Assembly (NCBI GenBank): GCA_951801825.1
Contig: CATOOF010000002.1
Coordinates: 31,058 to 95,057, forward strand
Length of the DNA: 64,000 bases
Source of the DNA: an uncultured Alphaproteobacteria bacterium
GTDB taxonomy: Bacteria; Pseudomonadota; Alphaproteobacteria; Rs-D84
Direction of reading: 5' to 3'
Numbering within the stretch: position 1 is the stretch's first letter; every line of letters begins with the position of its first letter. Under the pieces are notes generated by a model that was not told where the DNA came from, did not search any database, and saw only the letters and a program-made list of their open reading frames with translations. Made by a program: the position numbers and the translations under genes. Below, in pieces: positions 58,015-64,000 of the stretch.

Positions 58015-58147
58015 AATATAGTCTCTGTTTATATTATGATGACACAAAATGAAAGTTTGTCAACAGTAAAATGTGAAGTAACTCTTGCCTTGGACAATGA
58101 TTGGCGGTATTATTTGCGCGTTATAAATTTTATGGTAAGGAAAAACT

Positions 58148-61100
58148 ATGTCAAAACTGATAGTGGATGGAAACTGGGCGGCGGCGGACGTTGCGTACAG
58201 ATGCGTTGATTTTGCGGCGATTTATCCCATCACACCCAGCAGTACAATGGGTGAATTGGCTGATGAATGGTCGTTTCAGCATAAAAAGAACATATGGGGG
58301 GCAATCCCGCAGATAATTGAGATGCAGTCAGAGGCCGGCGCAGCCGGTGCAATGCATGGCGCGTTACAGGTCGGATCGCTTGCCACCACGTTTACGGCAT
58401 CCCAGGGATTGTTGCTGATGATTCCGAACATGTACAAGATTGCAGGTGAACAGACCCCGTTTGTAATGCATGTTGCGGCACGCGCATTGGCGACGCATGC
58501 ACTGTCTATTTTCGGCGATCACAGTGACGTTATGGCCGTGCGTCAGACGGGATTTGCGATGTTAAGCAGTCATAATGTTCAGCAGGCCTCTGATATGGCG
58601 GCAATCGCGCATGCGGCGACACTGCGTGCACGTGTTCCGTTCCTTCACTTTTTTGACGGATTTCGGACCAGTCACGAAGAATCGCGTCTGACGCGTATTA
58701 CGGACGATGTTTTGCATGAAATGATTCCGGACAATCTGGTTCTTGAAAATCGTGCGCGTGGTATGACGCCTGATGCGCCCACAATTCGTGGCACGGCGCA
58801 AAACCCTGATGTGTATTTCCAAGGACGCGAGGCCGCGAACCCACTGTATGTCAAAACACCAGAAATAGTTCAGGAAATGATGGACCGGTTCGCAGAGCTG
58901 ACGGGGCGTCGGTATAACCTTGTTGACTATGTCGGCGACCCGGCGGCGGAAAATGTTATTGTTGCCATGGGCAGTGCATGCGAGACGATAGAGGAAACAC
59001 TGGCGCACCTGCCGGCGGGGCTGGGGCTGCTGAAGATTCATTTATATCGTCCGTTCCCGGCGGCGGCATTTATGGCGGCATTGCCGAAAACAGTAAAACG
59101 TATAGCTGTGCTGGATCGCACAAAAGAGCCCGGCGCCCTGGGCGAACCACTGTACCAGGATGTAAAAACAATTGTCGGCGACAGTGCCCAGGTGTTTGGG
59201 GGCCGCTATGGATTGGGGTCGAAAGAGTTCAAGCCGCGCGATGTAAAGGCCGTATATGAAAACCTGATGCGCGGGGAGTTAAAACATAACTTTACCGTCG
59301 GGATAGAGGATGATTTGACGGGCCTGTCACTGAAAACCGACCCGGCGTTTGCGGTAGAAGACCCGAATTTTAAAACCGCGATTTTGTATGGTATTGGTTC
59401 GGATGGAACCGTTGGTGCGGTAAAAAATATTGTAAAGATTGTCGGGGAAAATTCCGATTTGTATCCACAGTCTTATGCCGTATACGACTCTAAAAAGTCG
59501 GGTGGTTTGACCGCGTCTCATATCCGCTTTTCTGATGCGCCGATAAAGAGTCAGTATTTGATAGAAGTCGCTGATTTCATCAGTGTTTCCAACTTTATGA
59601 TAGCTCAACGTTTTGATGTCTTTAAAGGATTGCGCGCCGGCGGAACGGTAATGATAAATACATCGATGGCACCGGATGTGGCGTTTGCAAACCTGCCCAG
59701 AGACGCGCAAGAGCATCTTATAAGAATGCGTGCAAAGGTGTATTTCCTGGATGCAAACCGTGCTGCGCGCGAATTGGGACTGGGGAACAGAATTAACACG
59801 TTTATCATGTTAAATTTCTTTAATTTAACACATGTAATCGATCCGGCGGTTGCGGCGCAGTCGGCAAAAGTTGCGATTGAAAAAACGTACAAGAAAAAAG
59901 GTATGGATATTGTAGAGGCCAACTGGGCCGCGGTTGACAGAGCGTCAGAATTTCTGCACGAGTACACCTTGCCGTCGTCGGTTTCTAATTTTGCGCCGGA
60001 TTTTGTCCCCGCAATGACGGCGGATGCACCGGCCGAGATTGCCGGTACCCTGGGTGAAATTGCGGCCCAGCGCGGCGATGCGATTCCGGTATCTCGTTTC
60101 AAGGTTGATGGCGAATTTGGTGCCGGTCAATATCCGGTTGGCACGGCCAAATATGAAAAGCGTGCGATATCTGAAATGGTTGCAACATGCGATTTGGACA
60201 AGTGTATCCAGTGTGGCAAGTGCGCGATGCTGTGCCCGCATGCCGCCATCCGTATAAAGGCAATGACCGCGGCCGAGGCGGAAAAGGCCCGGGCCGAGGG
60301 TATAATCGTTGTTCCGATGAAGACACCGGAACTGGGGCCGGATATGTACTTTACGTTGAATATTTCGGCGGCGGATTGCACGGGATGCAATATATGCGTT
60401 AATAATTGCCCGGTAAAGGCACTGGCGCTTAAATCTGCCCGAGAGGTTGGCACCCAACAGCAGGCGCGATTTGATGCGGCGGAAAAACTGCCGGATATGC
60501 CGCGTGAAAAGCTGAACCTGAATATTCCGAAACACGTGGAACTGTTGCCGCATTATTTTGAATTCCCGGGGGCGTGCGCGGGATGCGGGGAAACGCCGTA
60601 TGTTCGGATGTTGTCACACCTGTTTGGTGATAGAATGGTTGTTGCAAATGCAACCGGCTGTTCGTCTATTTATGGGGCGAATCTGCCGACAACGCCGTGG
60701 ACAACCGATGCAAACGGCCGTGGACCGGCATGGTCTAACTCGTTGTTCGAAGATAATGCAGAATACGGACTGGGGATGCGTTTGGCGCTGAATCAAAAGC
60801 GTGAAATGCTGAAAAGTTTGCTGTTTGAACTGGGGGTTGAAGATATAGAGCAGATGTTTGACGAGACAGATGCGGCAAAATCGCGTGCGAATGCCGAAAT
60901 GTTGCGTGAAAAACTGCGCAAAATAGAGGGGCCGCGTGCCAGACTGGCCGAAAGTTTGATTGGCGAAATCGTTGACAAATCTGTATGGATTATCGGTGGC
61001 GACGGCTGGGCATATGATATTGGATATGGCGGCCTGGATCACATACTCCATAGCGGGGAAAATGTAAATATTCTGGTTCTGGATACAGAGGGATATTCCA

Positions 61101-61657
61101 ACACCGGCGGCCAGCAGTCCAAATCCACGCCATTTGGCGCCAGTATGAAATTCGCCATTGGCGGAAAAGAGCATGCAAAAAAAGATTTGGGTATGATTGC
61201 AATGATGTCGGGTGCATATGTTGCACAAATTGCAATGGGCGCAAACCAGGCCCAGGCAATTAAGGCCTTCCGTGAGGCAGAGGCATATCCGGGACCTTCA
61301 ATTATTCTGGCATATGCGCCATGTATCGCACATGGATACGCTCTGCAGAACGGTCCCCAGCACCAGGCAGACATGGTTAACACAGGGGCATGGCCGCTGT
61401 ATCGCTTTGACCCGCGCAGGGTGGCCCAGGGGGAAAATCCACTGATGATGGATTCCGCGGCGGTTGCAACGGTTCCGTTAGAAGATTTCCTGGCGTCTGA
61501 ATCACGTTTTAAGGCGGCGCGTGCGGCAAATCCTCATTTTGACGCACTGGTTGAAATGGCAAAGGCAAATAACAAGTACAAGGCAGAGCTGAAAAAATAT
61601 ATCGCTCAGTTCGCCATGCACGATATGCCGGCCAAGAAAGAAAACGGCCAGGGCTAA
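58148..61657 (+). CDS. nifJ: Pyruvate:ferredoxin (flavodoxin) oxidoreductase
   Basis: IYPITPSS, EMQSEAGAAG, DGFRTSHE, two CxxCxxCxxxCP, GACAGCGETPY, GGDGWAYDIG. Confidence 0.97.
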   Translation: MSKLIVDGNWAAADVAYRCVDFAAIYPITPSSTMGELADEWSFQHKKNIWGAIPQIIEMQSEAGAAGAMHGALQVGSLATTFTASQGLLLMIPNMYKIAGEQTPFVMHVAARALATHALSIFGDHSDVMAVRQTGFAMLSSHNVQQASDMAAIAHAATLRARVPFLHFFDGFRTSHEESRLTRITDDVLHEMIPDNLVLENRARGMTPDAPTIRGTAQNPDVYFQGREAANPLYVKTPEIVQEMMDRFAELTGRRYNLVDYVGDPAAENVIVAMGSACETIEETLAHLPAGLGLLKIHLYRPFPAAAFMAALPKTVKRIAVLDRTKEPGALGEPLYQDVKTIVGDSAQVFGGRYGLGSKEFKPRDVKAVYENLMRGELKHNFTVGIEDDLTGLSLKTDPAFAVEDPNFKTAILYGIGSDGTVGAVKNIVKIVGENSDLYPQSYAVYDSKKSGGLTASHIRFSDAPIKSQYLIEVADFISVSNFMIAQRFDVFKGLRAGGTVMINTSMAPDVAFANLPRDAQEHLIRMRAKVYFLDANRAARELGLGNRINTFIMLNFFNLTHVIDPAVAAQSAKVAIEKTYKKKGMDIVEANWAAVDRASEFLHEYTLPSSVSNFAPDFVPAMTADAPAEIAGTLGEIAAQRGDAIPVSRFKVDGEFGAGQYPVGTAKYEKRAISEMVATCDLDKCIQCGKCAMLCPHAAIRIKAMTAAEAEKARAEGIIVVPMKTPELGPDMYFTLNISAADCTGCNICVNNCPVKALALKSAREVGTQQQARFDAAEKLPDMPREKLNLNIPKHVELLPHYFEFPGACAGCGETPYVRMLSHLFGDRMVVANATGCSSIYGANLPTTPWTTDANGRGPAWSNSLFEDNAEYGLGMRLALNQKREMLKSLLFELGVEDIEQMFDETDAAKSRANAEMLREKLRKIEGPRARLAESLIGEIVDKSVWIIGGDGWAYDIGYGGLDHILHSGENVNILVLDTEGYSNTGGQQSKSTPFGASMKFAIGGKEHAKKDLGMIAMMSGAYVAQIAMGANQAQAIKAFREAEAYPGPSIILAYAPCIAHGYALQNGPQHQADMVNTGAWPLYRFDPRRVAQGENPLMMDSAAVATVPLEDFLASESRFKAARAANPHFDALVEMAKANNKYKAELKKYIAQFAMHDMPAKKENGQG

Positions 61658-61684
61658 GCTAAAATAAAGCGCGAATCTTAAATA

Positions 61685-61718
61685 AAAATCCCCCCGGATG
61701 TTTTCTGGGGGGGATTTA
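61685..61718. terminator. Bidirectional terminator
   Basis: AAATCCCCCCGGA..TCTGGGGGGGATTT between convergent genes. Confidence 0.75.
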
Positions 61719-61722
61719 ACTG

Positions 61723-62328
61723 TTAACTGCCGCTGTAATAGCAATTATTTGTCCAAGAGAAAGTGCCGCTGTTATCATTGTGTGTTGTTCCGGTCGGCTC
61801 ATAGCATTGTGTTATATATTTTGATGCAGCCGCTGATGTTCCCTGGGATGGGCAGGACGTGCATATGGTGTCTGATATGCCTGTGCCGGTCGGGCTGCCA
61901 TAGTATCCTGGGACGCATCGATATTCATATGTTGCATTGCATGTGTTACAAACACATTTTCTGGTAGCTTTTTGTTGTACGCCGGTATTCAAAATGGGTT
62001 CGGACCAGTCTGTGTCGCTGACACAATTATTGCAGCCAGTGCATGGTTCTTGACATTCATAGTATGTTACCTCGTTTGAGCAGCCAGGGGCTAATACGCT
62101 TTTTTGCACCCGCAGAAATCCTGATGGACATACATCACATGTTATTACTTGATTAGAGCCCCAATAAAAAGAACTCCGCTGTTCGCAATATATTAATGAT
62201 ACATTAATTTGCGGGCATTGATTATAGCCCAACGGACAGCTGATCTGCCTCTGGCATAGTGTATTTGCAATTGTCTGTGTGGTAAAGAGAAAGGCAATTG
62301 CGCTTGTAAGGAAAAAATATTTTTGCAT
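61723..62328 (-). CDS. Secreted Cys-rich hypothetical protein (201 aa)
   Basis: AGGAG RBS, signal peptide, C-terminal CxPGYYG..CTSCP..TS..ITQCY..DNSG..CYY. Confidence 0.85.
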   Translation of the reverse strand: MQKYFFLTSAIAFLFTTQTIANTLCQRQISCPLGYNQCPQINVSLIYCEQRSSFYWGSNQVITCDVCPSGFLRVQKSVLAPGCSNEVTYYECQEPCTGCNNCVSDTDWSEPILNTGVQQKATRKCVCNTCNATYEYRCVPGYYGSPTGTGISDTICTSCPSQGTSAAASKYITQCYEPTGTTHNDNSGTFSWTNNCYYSGS

Positions 62329-62357
62329 AAATCAATCTCCTGAATCTTTTACAAAGT

Positions 62358-62575
62358 AAAAACCACCAATCATTGGTGGTCAGGAGGTTAACGACAATTG
62401 TTGGAATTGTGCCGCTTATTCAATATATTCGCGAGCCCTCCTGACCCATAAGTGGGTTTTCAGGAGTTGTTTTTCGTCATCGATAGTAAAAAGGGCGCAA
62501 ATTGCGCGCCACTGGTATCTATTCCCGACGCCAACATAGAGGTCGTTACACCCCATCCACGGAACACCCGTGAAC
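62358..62575 (-). ncRNA. Structured X/Y ncRNA, unit C (long linker)
   Basis: Promoter TTGCAT-17-TATAAT (62610-62582); GTCGTTA 62542-48 vs TAACGAC 62389-95; CCAACA 62531-36 vs TGTTGG 62399-404; stem GGTCAGGAGG/CCTCCTGACC; terminator ACCACCAAT-G-ATTGGTGGT + T-run. Confidence 0.8.
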
Positions 62576-62644
62576 CATATAATTATACTGCGTGTGAAAT
62601 GGGAATGCAATATTAAAAAGCGACCCAAACGGGCCGCTTTTACA

Positions 62645-64000
62645 CTAGAACCGGTAAGAGCCAGACAGTTTTATCTTATGCATTTGTATATCTGCATTGT
62701 ACTGATAGCGGTAATCCAATCCAACCTGAACGCCGGTTGCCGACAAGAATTCCACACCACCACCTATATTGGCCCACAGCGGGTCTATATCAATATCATA
62801 TTTTGTAAAGCGGTTGGCCACGGCAAACTTATATTTTGCATTATCCGGCGCACCCAGTACATCGTACTCTACACCTATTGATGCATACGGGCGCATCTGG
62901 AACCAGGCGGACGGATAGATACGCTTTTGTGCAATTAAGCTATAGCCGGGCGTCAAAATCAGGTATCCGTCAGATTTTAATTTCATATAGTCGTCGCCGC
63001 CGGCTTTTTCCGTTACAGAAAATCCGAAATTATATCCAACACGTGCATAAACATTGCCGACAATATATTGATTCAGCCAGTCATGCATCAGCCCCCATTC
63101 GGATATCAGACTGAATGCAGTCCCATCGCCGTCAATCTTGGACATATATGTTTGGTCGCGTGTCACATCCAGCCAATGCAAATCCAGGAACGCGTTTCCG
63201 TATGCACGCATTTTTGTCCCCAGATTCTGTAGCAAGTATGCGCCTATGCCAAAGTTTGTGTCAGATACATCGACACTCACGCGGCCCGCAATAGACTGAC
63301 CGGGCAGGTAACCCAAATCAATATTGTCCTCGTTGTCGCCGGATGTATGTGATACGCGCCCGGCCAGCCCCAGAATCAATGTTTCTGTTTCCTGCCAGTC
63401 ATATCCGCCGGTAAAGCTGAAACGGTTTGATGCCGCGCGTTTGCCATCCGTTACCTTTTGACGAACCATGCCAAAATCAAATTCACCCCATGCCTTGCGC
63501 AGATTACGGTTACGGTTCCATATGAACTCGTCCAGCATATGGTCTTCAAAGTCGCGGAATGACGTGTGTTCGTTTAATACTATGTTGCCTGCGAACTGTT
63601 CTATCTCGCGCGGTTGGAACAGCCGGCTGAACCGGGCCAGACCGCGGCCGTCGCGCGATGTGGTATAGTATTCCATGCGCTTGAACAGCTCTTTTGACAT
63701 TTCTTCCATGTTTGTTCCGGCAAATGCCACCGGTATCGCCTCTATCGGTGTGCGGTTATTGAATTTTGCATCAGCCAGACCGCCCGCAATCAAGTCATCC
63801 AATGCGCCCGCGGTGATATATTCGCCCTTGGTGTGTGTGCCTTCGCGGTCAACGATGGGCTGAATTTTGAACACCTGAACTGGTCCGCCAAAGCGTGGAT
63901 CAAACACCAGATACAGGCTGTCCGCGGTACCGTCGCCGTTGTAATCACGAACGGATATGTATGCGGGCAAATCTGTGCCTGTTTCATTCAGGCCGGGTGT
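62645..64000 (-). CDS. Autotransporter-type outer-membrane beta-barrel protein (5' end outside the window)
   Basis: Frame open to the window edge; AWGEFDFG, FTGGYDW, PYASIGVEYD, terminal SYRF. Confidence 0.85.
   Translation of the reverse strand, partial: TPGLNETGTDLPAYISVRDYNGDGTADSLYLVFDPRFGGPVQVFKIQPIVDREGTHTKGEYITAGALDDLIAGGLADAKFNNRTPIEAIPVAFAGTNMEEMSKELFKRMEYYTTSRDGRGLARFSRLFQPREIEQFAGNIVLNEHTSFRDFEDHMLDEFIWNRNRNLRKAWGEFDFGMVRQKVTDGKRAASNRFSFTGGYDWQETETLILGLAGRVSHTSGDNEDNIDLGYLPGQSIAGRVSVDVSDTNFGIGAYLLQNLGTKMRAYGNAFLDLHWLDVTRDQTYMSKIDGDGTAFSLISEWGLMHDWLNQYIVGNVYARVGYNFGFSVTEKAGGDDYMKLKSDGYLILTPGYSLIAQKRIYPSAWFQMRPYASIGVEYDVLGAPDNAKYKFAVANRFTKYDIDIDPLWANIGGGVEFLSATGVQVGLDYRYQYNADIQMHKIKLSGSYRF

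Overview
64 kb of a bacterial chromosome. The gene set (carD, ppiD, envC-like, lptBC, ctpA, pyruvate:ferredoxin oxidoreductase, many Cys-rich exported proteins) suggests an anaerobic, host-associated alphaproteobacterium, possibly Rs-D84/'Ca. Enterousia'-like; this placement is inference. Housekeeping genes: grpE, tpiA, recO, rpsF-rpsR-rplI, polA, pth, carD, rpsB-tsf, tyrS, nifJ. Envelope genes: alpha-2-macroglobulin/pbpC, bamE, OmpA/MotB proteins, beta-barrels. The main unexplained signal is non-coding: four separate intergenic loci (17.7-18.1, 30.95-31.62, 50.98-51.6 and 62.36-62.6 kb) carry 11 copies of one structured module. Eight are complete ~160-220 nt units, each with its own sigma70-like promoter and terminator or U-tract. 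In each, two short 5' segments (X, Y) are complementary to two segments (X', Y') in a conserved 3' multi-stem domain, and the X/Y sequences vary between units while staying matched within a unit. Three more copies are tandem 3' domains with no cognate X/Y. Other notable items: a 177-bp exact duplicated two-hairpin element attached to two of the arrays, a tRNA-Leu with an unusual AAG anticodon, several apparent pseudo-enzymes (S8, Fic, ClpP-like), an Mpi-like serine recombinase and an unannotated 56-aa gene.
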